Positions 17,502 through 25,525 of a stretch of DNA of 40,000 nucleotides are shown piece by piece. A program made the position numbers and the translations under genes. Under the pieces are notes generated by a model. It was not told the DNA's origin. It was given only the letters and a program-made list of their open reading frames with translations, and made no database searches. Source of the stretch: Anaerolineaceae bacterium (lineage in GTDB: Bacteria; Chloroflexota; Anaerolineae; Aggregatilineales; Phototrophicaceae). Position 1 is the stretch's first letter, and each line of letters begins with the position of its first letter. The stretch spans positions 17,767 to 57,766 of the forward strand of contig JACKCF010000002.1 in assembly GCA_020634165.1 (NCBI GenBank). The letters run 5' to 3'.

Positions 17502-19304
17502 ATGTTGTATTGGCTATTCACTGAAGGACAAATCTGGGCGAAGGTATTAATCGTGCCTGCTGGCGTAGTCACGCTGATTCTGACACTAATCCTTGCAAGC
17601 AAGACAAAGCACTCCCATTCGCGTTTGAAGATCATCAATCACCTTGCACTATCTCTATTCCTGTCCAGCGGATTTGTCCTTCTCCTGAGTACTACGATCA
17701 TTCAACGTGGACGCGCCAGTTTACCGCAGGCTCTTGACTGGCTTGTTGGTGCTCCAGCTTCAATTGATAGCCGTCGTATCCTGAGCTTCAGCACAATATG
17801 GGTGCTGGTTCTTCTGGCTGGCAACCTACTCCTGACACAGCAAATAAAACCAGCTTCCGCACTGCACGAATGGCTCAATCTGCTGAAGCGTCCCTACAAA
17901 AAACGTGGTGAAGTAGGATCATCGCACTTTTGCACGCCATCTGAATTTCGCCGTTTTCGCACACCTCATAGCGAAGGTATCACATTTGATGGGGCTTTCT
18001 GGGGAGAACGCAACCGGCGACTGGATAGTGGCACTGAGCGACTGTGTCTTAGTAGCGAAGATGCTTCGCGTGGCATTCTGGCTTTAGGAAGTCCGGGGTC
18101 AGGCAAAAGTCAGGCTGTGATTCTGCCAATTATCTCTCAGAAAATGCAGGCAGGGCATTCGCTGATCGTCGCCGATCCACAAGGCGAACTGACGCCCTAC
18201 ATTCTTCGGCTTTCCGGGCTGTCTCATCATACAATCGCCATTCATGATCCGACTCAAACGGAGACACCACGCTTCAATCTGGCGGATGATGTGCATACGG
18301 TTTCCGATGCACGAGCAATTGCTGATGTGCTGGTTTCACGCTTGCCCGGCGACAATCAGTTCTGGAGCGATGCGGCTTCTTCGGTACTTGCAGCCTGTTT
18401 GCTTCGGTTCAAAACACTGGGCGAGATTTATAGCGCACTGGCTGACGTCAACAAGCTGGTAGAGCAGTTCAGCAGCCGCGAGGACGATGCGCGCTACCTG
18501 GCAAACAACTTCATGGCAAGTGTGAAAAACGACGGCAAGGTCGCAGCCAATATTGTATCAACACTAGCAACGGCCCTGACTGGTTGGGCATCTGCTGCCG
18601 TGCGTGAAAATACAGCGTCTTCCGATTTTAAAGCAGCCATTCTGATCAAGCGGCCAACTGTCATCATTCTTACTTGTCCGGGACGCATGCGGCAGGTCTA
18701 TGCACCTTATCTTGGAGCAGTGTTGCGGCGTCTCATGCTGGATCTGGATACTTTGGGCGAACACCATGGCGGTGCGCTGCCAAAACCGATCACAATTATC
18801 ATGGATGAATTCCCGACTCTGGGACGGCTGGATGGCTTGGTAGCGGACATCAATCTGGTACGTAAACGGCGCATTACTATTGTGATCGCAGCCCAGACTC
18901 GCGCCCAGTTGCAGCATATCTATGGCACTCAGGGTGCTGATGTGCTACTGAGTGGACTTGCAACACAGATTGTTTTTGGTGGATGTGATACGCATACAGC
19001 CAGCTACTATAGCCAGGCCAGCGGGCAAGCCTCTGCCGGAAATAAAAAAGATGATTTCGTGCGACCACGACCGCTGCTCACGCTTGATGAGGTTCAAAGC
19101 CCCCCACGCGGCAACTGCCTGATCTTCATGCGCTATACAGAGCGCGATTACGCCGCCCAGTTGATTCTGTCGGCGCGGCTCAGGCGATTTTATGAGAGCA
19201 ATTTTGTTCCCGAAACGGGCCAGCAACCATATCTGTTGCCGAGGCGCAACGCAATGAAACTACTGGATCAGGTGCCCCTCACTATCGGGAAACCAACTTC
19301 ATGA
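17502..19304 (+). CDS. type IV secretion coupling protein (TraG/VirD4/TraD family)
   Basis: N-terminal TM helices, Walker A GSPGSGKSQ and Walker B IIMDEFPTLG. 600 aa. Confidence 0.88.
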   Translation: MLYWLFTEGQIWAKVLIVPAGVVTLILTLILASKTKHSHSRLKIINHLALSLFLSSGFVLLLSTTIIQRGRASLPQALDWLVGAPASIDSRRILSFSTIWVLVLLAGNLLLTQQIKPASALHEWLNLLKRPYKKRGEVGSSHFCTPSEFRRFRTPHSEGITFDGAFWGERNRRLDSGTERLCLSSEDASRGILALGSPGSGKSQAVILPIISQKMQAGHSLIVADPQGELTPYILRLSGLSHHTIAIHDPTQTETPRFNLADDVHTVSDARAIADVLVSRLPGDNQFWSDAASSVLAACLLRFKTLGEIYSALADVNKLVEQFSSREDDARYLANNFMASVKNDGKVAANIVSTLATALTGWASAAVRENTASSDFKAAILIKRPTVIILTCPGRMRQVYAPYLGAVLRRLMLDLDTLGEHHGGALPKPITIIMDEFPTLGRLDGLVADINLVRKRRITIVIAAQTRAQLQHIYGTQGADVLLSGLATQIVFGGCDTHTASYYSQASGQASAGNKKDDFVRPRPLLTLDEVQSPPRGNCLIFMRYTERDYAAQLILSARLRRFYESNFVPETGQQPYLLPRRNAMKLLDQVPLTIGKPTS

Positions 19305-19624
19305 ACAAAACTGAGCTCGTCAAACAGATTGCTCGTGAAAGCAAATACACTGACACACCTGTGACGCGTACTCAGGTACGCTGGGTTGTTGATGCACTGT
19401 TCGAGGCAATTCGGATGGAACTGGCCGACGAAGATAGCCGCGTAGAGATTGAACATTTTGGCGTGTGGGAGCGACATACAGTTCATAGGCTCAATACAGG
19501 TACACTGGTTAATAAAGATGGTGCTCGTCGTATACCAGCGAAAAGCCACAGCCGAATTACCTTCAGGACAGCAAAACGCCTCAGGTCAACCTCTGATAAA
19601 AGCTCAAATCTTCATTCACCGTAA
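19301..19624 (+). CDS. HU/IHF-family DNA-binding protein
   Basis: MNKTELVKQIARESKYT...VVDALFEAIRMELA...VEIEHFGVW matches the HU/IHF fold pattern. ATGA overlap with the coupling-protein stop. Confidence 0.8.
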   Translation: MNKTELVKQIARESKYTDTPVTRTQVRWVVDALFEAIRMELADEDSRVEIEHFGVWERHTVHRLNTGTLVNKDGARRIPAKSHSRITFRTAKRLRSTSDKSSNLHSP

Positions 19625-20090
19625 AGCCGCGACTGCGATAGAAATCAGGCAGGTAGGACGTTATAGCAAGATCATCGCTGGTAATCCATCCACGAATGAG
19701 CGATACATCCATGCTCCGTGCTGAGTCAAGGACATAAGCTAACATCGCTGAACCTAGCCCACGCCCTCTGAAGGTGACAGGCCGCCTGTCGAGAAATGGC
19801 AGACGTTGCCACCATTTTTTGAAATACAGGGGAGGATCAAAAATAATCAGATCACCGATGACTATCTCATCGGGTCGTGGCATACGCCAGTTGATTTGCC
19901 CAATGACGTCTTTTTTTGAGCACACATGGCTGATCAGACTAGATGCAGACAGATTCCCTTCAATTGTATAAACCTGACCAGCATCGTCGTAGATGAAGTG
20001 GTTGATCTGAATTCCATCCTCGCGCAAGCTCTTATAATCGTCAATTAGCATCACATACTCACTTGAGATTGGCTTATCAATCCGATACAT
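19581..20090 (-). CDS. GNAT-family N-acetyltransferase
   Basis: Acetyl-CoA-binding motif A RGRGLGSAMLAYVLDSA. 169 aa. Converges on and overlaps the HU gene's 3' end by 44 nt. Confidence 0.75.
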   Translation of the reverse strand: MYRIDKPISSEYVMLIDDYKSLREDGIQINHFIYDDAGQVYTIEGNLSASSLISHVCSKKDVIGQINWRMPRPDEIVIGDLIIFDPPLYFKKWWQRLPFLDRRPVTFRGRGLGSAMLAYVLDSARSMDVSLIRGWITSDDLAITSYLPDFYRSRGFTVNEDLSFYQRLT

Positions 20091-20131
20091 CTTATGGAGT
20101 AAACAGGATTATAACCGAATCCTGACGTGGC

Positions 20132-20194
20132 AGAACATTTCATATCAGAACGTTTGAGCTATACTCCAGTTGTTATAACAAGAACGTTTGATCT
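20132..20194. promoter_or_regulatory. three AGAAC-N4-type half-palindromes (candidate LexA/SOS boxes) upstream of imuA
   Basis: AGAACATTTCATAT (20132-20145), AGAACGTTTGAGCT (20147-20160) and AGAACGTTTGATCT (20181-20194). The last is one mismatch from AGAAC-N4-GTTCT. All lie 5' of the preferred imuA start at 20250. Confidence 0.5.
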
Positions 20195-20249
20195 ATCGGA
20201 AACCGGTTTGCATTGGAACCGGGTCAGTTTTGTTTTGCCGGAAGCCACC

Positions 20250-20927
20250 ATGAGCACTGTCACCGCCCGATCCGAGGCACTCGAAAAGACCATTCAGCAG
20301 CTGCAGCGCCAGTTCGGCCAGCAGGTGATTGCTGCTGCAAGCCGCTTGTCGCAGGCTGAGGTGTTGCACACAGGCGTCACTGCCCTGGATACGGCGCTGG
20401 GTGGCGGATTGGCAGTCGGCCAAATCAGCGAGCTGCGTGCGCTACCCGGTCATGGGGCAACCTCACTGGCGATGCGCCTCATTGCTTCGGCACAGGCAGC
20501 AGGCCGAATCGGTATTTTCATGGATCTGGCAGATGCCTTCGATGCCAGCGCTGCCCACCATGCTCATGTCGATTTTATGCGTTCGCACTTCCTGCTGGTA
20601 CAGCCGCCTTCGCCAACAGATGCCTTCATTTTTGTGCAGGCCGTGCTCCATGCCCGCATTCCCGGTATCGTCATCGTGCGACCGCATCCGCAGCAGCCCT
20701 TGCCCCAGCTGCCCTGGTCGCGGCTGAAAGGAGCGCTCGCCAGTTTGCCGCTGGTCGTCGTCGTGATTCAGCCGCCTGCATCAACCGAAATCGAGGCCGC
20801 AGGCACGCGCCTGCTTTTGAAGCGCGTATCCGGTGACAATACGGTGCAGATTCGCATTCTGCGCCATCCATTGGGCAAAGCCGGGCAGGTAGTAAGAGTT
20901 CCCCTGTTGCCGGAAGGGTCGCGCTGA
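20250..20927 (+). CDS. imuA: ImuA-like RecA-fold protein of the imuA-imuB-dnaE2 mutagenesis cassette
   Basis: LDTALGGGLAVGQISELRALPGHGATSLAMRLIA is a RecA/ImuA-type P-loop region. Its stop overlaps the imuB start (TGATG). I prefer the ATG at 20250 (MSTVTAR...) because the candidate SOS boxes lie within the longer track ORF. Confidence 0.75.
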   Translation: MSTVTARSEALEKTIQQLQRQFGQQVIAAASRLSQAEVLHTGVTALDTALGGGLAVGQISELRALPGHGATSLAMRLIASAQAAGRIGIFMDLADAFDASAAHHAHVDFMRSHFLLVQPPSPTDAFIFVQAVLHARIPGIVIVRPHPQQPLPQLPWSRLKGALASLPLVVVVIQPPASTEIEAAGTRLLLKRVSGDNTVQIRILRHPLGKAGQVVRVPLLPEGSR

Positions 20928-22108
20928 TGTTATGTATCACTCTGACCCACTTCGCGGCGGCAGTCGAGAGCTTTCAGCATCCCGAACTGGCCGACAAGCC
21001 GCTCATCCTGACGCAGAAGCGCAAGCGTGGGCATGTCGTCGCGGCAGTCAATCAGTTGGCATGGGAGGCCGGTGTGCGACCCTTCCAACCACTGCATCAG
21101 GCCAAAACGCGCTGCACCAATGCCGAAATTCGCTCGGCCAATCATCTGGCGTATGAGCGGCTTCTGCTGGAAATCGCCGCAGGGATTCATCCGCTGGTCA
21201 ACAAGCTGGAACCGGAATATCAGCCGACGGTCGCCAGCATCTACCTGGATATGCCCTACGACCGCGTGCTGCTGGCCGCTATCGGACGCATCATTCAGGA
21301 GAAGGTCGGCCTGCGAGTGAAGTTCGGACGCAGCGAGAAAAAATTCCCGGCGCGGGTGGCTTCGGCGGTGAGCGGAGCCGGGCAGTGTGCGACGGTCACA
21401 CCGGGTGATGAAGGGCGTTTTCTGTCGCCCTATCGGGTGGCACTGCTGCCGCTACCGATCAGCATGGCACGGAAATTGCAACTGGTGGGCGTAACAACAT
21501 TGGGTGAACTGGCGAAGCTGCCGCGCACGGAAGTGTGGCAGCAGTTCGGGCGCGAGGGACGACGTATGCACGAGATGGCCTGCGGCGAGGATGTGCGTCC
21601 GATTGTGGCCTGGACGCCGGAAAAAGTGCTGTCCATCAGTGAAGAATTCGAGGATGGCATCGCGGATCGGCAGATGCTGAACCGTCATTTGCAGCGTTTG
21701 GCGCAGCCGCTACTGGATCAACTGGCGGGCAAGGAAGCGCATCGCCTGACGATCACCGTGGAAACAGCCGACGGTCAACGATGGGATGAGGAGCGGCAGC
21801 CGGAAGATGGCATCAAGGCCAACAATCCCTTCTTTCTGCTGCGGCAGATACAGTATGCCCTCGACAGCCATCCGGTGGAAACACCCGTCACCCGCGTGAC
21901 GTTGCGCCTGTCACGCCTGAAAGATCCGCTGCCAGTGCAGCTATCGCTGTTTGATGAACCCTCGGACAAGGTCAAACTGCCGAACCTGATTCCACTGTGG
22001 CTGGAGCGTCAGCCGACGCTGACCGTGTGCGGTGTGGATCTCAAACAGCCCGATCACATCGTCGCTGAAGAGCGCTTCAAGATTGAGCAGATCAGCGGGG
22101 CATCATGA
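20927..22108 (+). CDS. imuB: ImuB, Y-family DNA polymerase-like protein (catalytically degenerate)
   Basis: Y-family fold with an N-terminus MLCITLTHFAAAVE, where DinB-type enzymes have DxDxF(F/Y). Position between imuA and dnaE2. Confidence 0.85.
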   Translation: MLCITLTHFAAAVESFQHPELADKPLILTQKRKRGHVVAAVNQLAWEAGVRPFQPLHQAKTRCTNAEIRSANHLAYERLLLEIAAGIHPLVNKLEPEYQPTVASIYLDMPYDRVLLAAIGRIIQEKVGLRVKFGRSEKKFPARVASAVSGAGQCATVTPGDEGRFLSPYRVALLPLPISMARKLQLVGVTTLGELAKLPRTEVWQQFGREGRRMHEMACGEDVRPIVAWTPEKVLSISEEFEDGIADRQMLNRHLQRLAQPLLDQLAGKEAHRLTITVETADGQRWDEERQPEDGIKANNPFFLLRQIQYALDSHPVETPVTRVTLRLSRLKDPLPVQLSLFDEPSDKVKLPNLIPLWLERQPTLTVCGVDLKQPDHIVAEERFKIEQISGAS

Positions 22109-22365
22109 GTTACCTGTGGCTTCCGGGCATTCCGATCCGGGTGTGGCTCAGATATGGTGTGCCCAATCGTTTTCAGTGGGAACGGCAGTCCTTTTTTGTG
22201 GCGCACATCGTCGATAGCTGGCGCGTTGATACCGGCTGGTGGCGGCTGGAACGGCGTGCCTGTCAGTACTGGCAGATCACGACCACGACCCGGGTGCTGA
22301 TGGTCATCTACCGCGATGAACTGTCGCTCGAACCCGCATGGTTTCTGGAACAACTGGTAGATTAG
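22105..22365 (+). CDS. small conserved-looking protein between imuB and dnaE2 (Trp-rich; possibly a DUF6504-type imuB-associated protein)
   Basis: 86 aa with an ATGA overlap with the imuB stop; ends 3 nt before the GTG start of dnaE2. WRVDTGWWRLERRACQYWQI motif. The family name is from memory only. Confidence 0.5.
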   Translation: MSYLWLPGIPIRVWLRYGVPNRFQWERQSFFVAHIVDSWRVDTGWWRLERRACQYWQITTTTRVLMVIYRDELSLEPAWFLEQLVD

Positions 22366-22367
22366 TT

Positions 22368-25300
22368 GTGGGTTACGTCGAACTGCACTGCCATTCGTGC
22401 TACAGCCTGAAGGATGGCGCATCCACCCCAGTGGAACTGGTTCAGCAAGCCAAAGCGCTGGGCATGAGCGCCCTCGCCCTGACTGATCACAATGCGGTTT
22501 ATGGCGCGGTCGAATTCTGCAAAGCGGCGACCGAGGTCGGCATCAAACCGATCTTTGGTGCGGAAATGACGCTTGATTCCGGGCATCACCTGACGCTACT
22601 GGTGAAAAATCTGCGCGGCTGGTCGAACCTCGGACACCTGATTACACTGGCACAATTCAATGCGCCCAAGGGCGAAGCACTCATTGCGCTGGATACCTTT
22701 TTCGGACATACCGATGGCCTGATTGCCCTCACTGGCTGTCGAAATGGATTATTGGCAGAACATCTTATAAGGAAAGATCGAGCAGCAACAAAGTCGGCGC
22801 TGAAAGACCTGATTGCCCTGTTTGGCAAGGATAATCTATGGGTGGAATTGCAGAGGCATCATCTGCCGGGGGAGAAGGCACTCATTCAGCAGCTTGTGGC
22901 GCTGGCGAAGTCGGAGCAGGTTGGTATCGTGGCGACCAACAACGTGCATTACGCCACCCCGGAGCGCAAACCGCTGCAGGATGTGCTGGTGTGCGTCGAG
23001 CACCTGACCAACCTTGATGATGCTCAGGCACGCGGCCTGCTGCGCATCAACCACGAATACCACCTCAAATCAGTCCGGCAGATGAGTGACCTGTTCGCCG
23101 ACTATCCCGAAGCGATCACCAACACACAGCTCATCGCCGATCAGTGCAACTTTATTCCTGAATATGGTTATCAGGACTTGCCGGAATTCCCCACGCCGAA
23201 CTATCTGCCAGCAGAAGTATATCTGCGCCAGTTATGCGAAGCAGCGTTGGCAAAGCGCTTTTCAGGCGAGACCAGCAAGGTTCGGGCACAGTTGGAACAT
23301 GAACTGGACGTCATCCGCGAATCGAGGCTGTCGAATTATTTTCTCATTGTGTGGGACATCGTGAATTATGCCGGCAGCCAGAACATCCTGTGTCAGGGAC
23401 GCGGCTCGGCGGCGAATTCGCTGGTGGCCTATTTGCTGCACATCACACCGATTGACCCTATTGAGCATGGCCTGGTCTTCGAGCGTTTTCTGTCGAAGGA
23501 ACGGCAGGTCACACCTGATATCGACATCGACTTTGACAGTGCGAGGCGCGAGGAAGTCATCCAGTATGTGATGCAGCGCTATGGCACCGATCATGCCGCC
23601 ATGACCTGCACCTTTATCACCTACCGCACCAAGAGTGCCCTGCGTGATGTGGGACGGGCGCTGGGTGTGCCGCCGGAATGGATCGAACGCGCTTCGAAGG
23701 CCGTGCGCGGCTACCGGGGCGCCAATCGCAAGCCTCTGAGCTTCATCGACGAGACGGTCGAGGAACCGCTGGATGATTCGGTTGTGGAACAAATTTACGC
23801 GCTGGTCGAACAGCTTCAGGGACTGCCACGCCACATTGGGCAGCACAACGGCGGCATGGTCATCATGCGCGACATCCTCAGCCAGCGCGTGCCGATTGAA
23901 CCGGCCACCATGCAGGATCGTGTCGTCATTCAGTGGGACAAGGAAGCCCTGGAAACGGTCAATCTGGTCAAGTTTGACATTCTGGGGCTGGGCATGCTGG
24001 CGGCCATTCAGGAAGCATCGGACACAGTGCTGCGGCTGACGGGCAAACCGTTCCGCATTGAAGACCTGACCTTCGACGATCCAGCGATTTTCAGAATGAT
24101 CGCCGAAGCCGACACTATCGGCCTGTTTCAGGTGGAGAGCCGCGCACAGGCCCAACTTTTGCCGCGCTTCCAGCCAAAAAACTTTAGCGACATTATTATC
24201 GCCATCTCGCTGATTCGACCGGGGCCGATTCAGGGTGGTATGGTGCATCCCCTGCTTCGGCGACGTACCGGACGTGAGGAGGTAACGTATCTGTATGATG
24301 CCCTGCGCCCTTCGCTGGAAGAGACCTATGGCGTCATTGTGTGGCAGGAACAGGTGCTGCTTGTTGCACGCGACATCGCTGGATTCACAGCAGGCGAAGG
24401 TGAGCAGCTTCGACGGGCGCTGGGCGCGAAAAACGGTTATGAGCGCGTCGAATCGTTCCATGACCGCTTCATCATGGGCGCAGCCAGCAAGGGCATTTCT
24501 GCCGAAATTGCTGAAGCCATCTTTGACCAGCTTCGTGGCTTCGGGGGCTATTCCTTCGCCAAATCGCACGCCGCCAGCTTCGCCGTGCTGGTGTACGCCT
24601 CGGCGTACTTGCGGAAGTATCACCCGGCGGCTTTTTACTGCGCCCTGATCAACGCCCAGCCGATGGGCTTCTGGTCGGTCGATGTGCTGACCAACGATGC
24701 GGCTCGGCTTGGTGTGAAAACGCTCAAGGTAGACATCAACCGCAGCGTAGCCAGAACCGAGGTGCTGGATGCGAAAAATATCCGGCTGGGCCTGACGCAG
24801 GTGAAAAGCATCGGCGAATCGAGTGCAGATCGCATCCTTGCGGCACGCGAGAAAGGCAGCTTCAACAGCCTCGAGGATCTATGCCGACGCACACAGCTCC
24901 CTGAACGCAAGATCGAGAATCTGATTCAGGCCGGTGCGGTCGATGCGTGGGGCATTCCGAGGCGCAAGTTGATCTGGCAGGCGGGACTCTACAAGGCCGA
25001 TGAGGATGAACTCGATCTGGCGTATCTGGCGGAGGAACTGGCACTGCCCTTGCAGCATGGGGTGCAGGAGCAGGCGATGGAGTACAGTGTGACCGGCATC
25101 AACACGGGCGACCACCTGATGAGTTATGCCCGCGACTGGCTGAGGCAGCGCGACACCCTCGCCAGTTATGAACTGGCGGACTGCTCCCATAATTCGATTG
25201 TGCGGGTGGCGGGGCAGAACCGTGTGGCGCAGTCGCCGCAGACCGCGAAGGGCATGACCTTCCTGACGCTGGAGGATGAATGGGGCATGATGAACATTGT

Positions 25301-25466
25301 CGTGCGTCCCGACATCTTCGGACGCTATGCCCGCATCATTCTGGATAGTCCGCTGCTGCTGGTGAAAGGCCTGCTGGAGCGTGGCGATGGTGGCACGATC
25401 AATGTGCTCGCGCATCAGTTTGCTGCGCTGCCGATGCAGACCTTACTGTATTTATGTCCGCGTTGA
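22368..25466 (+). CDS. dnaE2: error-prone DNA polymerase III alpha subunit DnaE2
   Basis: PHP domain start (V/M)GYVELHCHSCYSLKDGAS and polymerase core motifs (FDILGLGML, GLFQVES, RPGP). ~1030 aa. Alternative ATG at 22338 overlaps the preceding small ORF. Confidence 0.92.
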   Translation: MGYVELHCHSCYSLKDGASTPVELVQQAKALGMSALALTDHNAVYGAVEFCKAATEVGIKPIFGAEMTLDSGHHLTLLVKNLRGWSNLGHLITLAQFNAPKGEALIALDTFFGHTDGLIALTGCRNGLLAEHLIRKDRAATKSALKDLIALFGKDNLWVELQRHHLPGEKALIQQLVALAKSEQVGIVATNNVHYATPERKPLQDVLVCVEHLTNLDDAQARGLLRINHEYHLKSVRQMSDLFADYPEAITNTQLIADQCNFIPEYGYQDLPEFPTPNYLPAEVYLRQLCEAALAKRFSGETSKVRAQLEHELDVIRESRLSNYFLIVWDIVNYAGSQNILCQGRGSAANSLVAYLLHITPIDPIEHGLVFERFLSKERQVTPDIDIDFDSARREEVIQYVMQRYGTDHAAMTCTFITYRTKSALRDVGRALGVPPEWIERASKAVRGYRGANRKPLSFIDETVEEPLDDSVVEQIYALVEQLQGLPRHIGQHNGGMVIMRDILSQRVPIEPATMQDRVVIQWDKEALETVNLVKFDILGLGMLAAIQEASDTVLRLTGKPFRIEDLTFDDPAIFRMIAEADTIGLFQVESRAQAQLLPRFQPKNFSDIIIAISLIRPGPIQGGMVHPLLRRRTGREEVTYLYDALRPSLEETYGVIVWQEQVLLVARDIAGFTAGEGEQLRRALGAKNGYERVESFHDRFIMGAASKGISAEIAEAIFDQLRGFGGYSFAKSHAASFAVLVYASAYLRKYHPAAFYCALINAQPMGFWSVDVLTNDAARLGVKTLKVDINRSVARTEVLDAKNIRLGLTQVKSIGESSADRILAAREKGSFNSLEDLCRRTQLPERKIENLIQAGAVDAWGIPRRKLIWQAGLYKADEDELDLAYLAEELALPLQHGVQEQAMEYSVTGINTGDHLMSYARDWLRQRDTLASYELADCSHNSIVRVAGQNRVAQSPQTAKGMTFLTLEDEWGMMNIVVRPDIFGRYARIILDSPLLLVKGLLERGDGGTINVLAHQFAALPMQTLLYLCPR

Positions 25467-25525
25467 AAAGATGGTACATGATGTAAAATAAGTTGAATTG
25501 ATTAAATGTTTGAAAGAAAAAATTC

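Noticed and set aside
20127-20249. Longer imuA reading frame starting at the GTG at 20127, as in the ORF track
   Set aside because: The extension would translate through the three AGAAC boxes and adds no RecA-fold sequence. The ATG at 20250 (MSTVTAR...) leaves the boxes in a promoter position.
23262-24623. 453-aa ORF on the minus strand, plus several other 60-180-aa ORFs antisense to dnaE2, imuA and imuB
   Set aside because: They lie entirely inside well-supported GC-rich genes on the opposite strand. Their low-complexity Arg/Ala/Gly-rich translations have no recognisable motifs. These are typical shadow ORFs of high-GC coding sequence.
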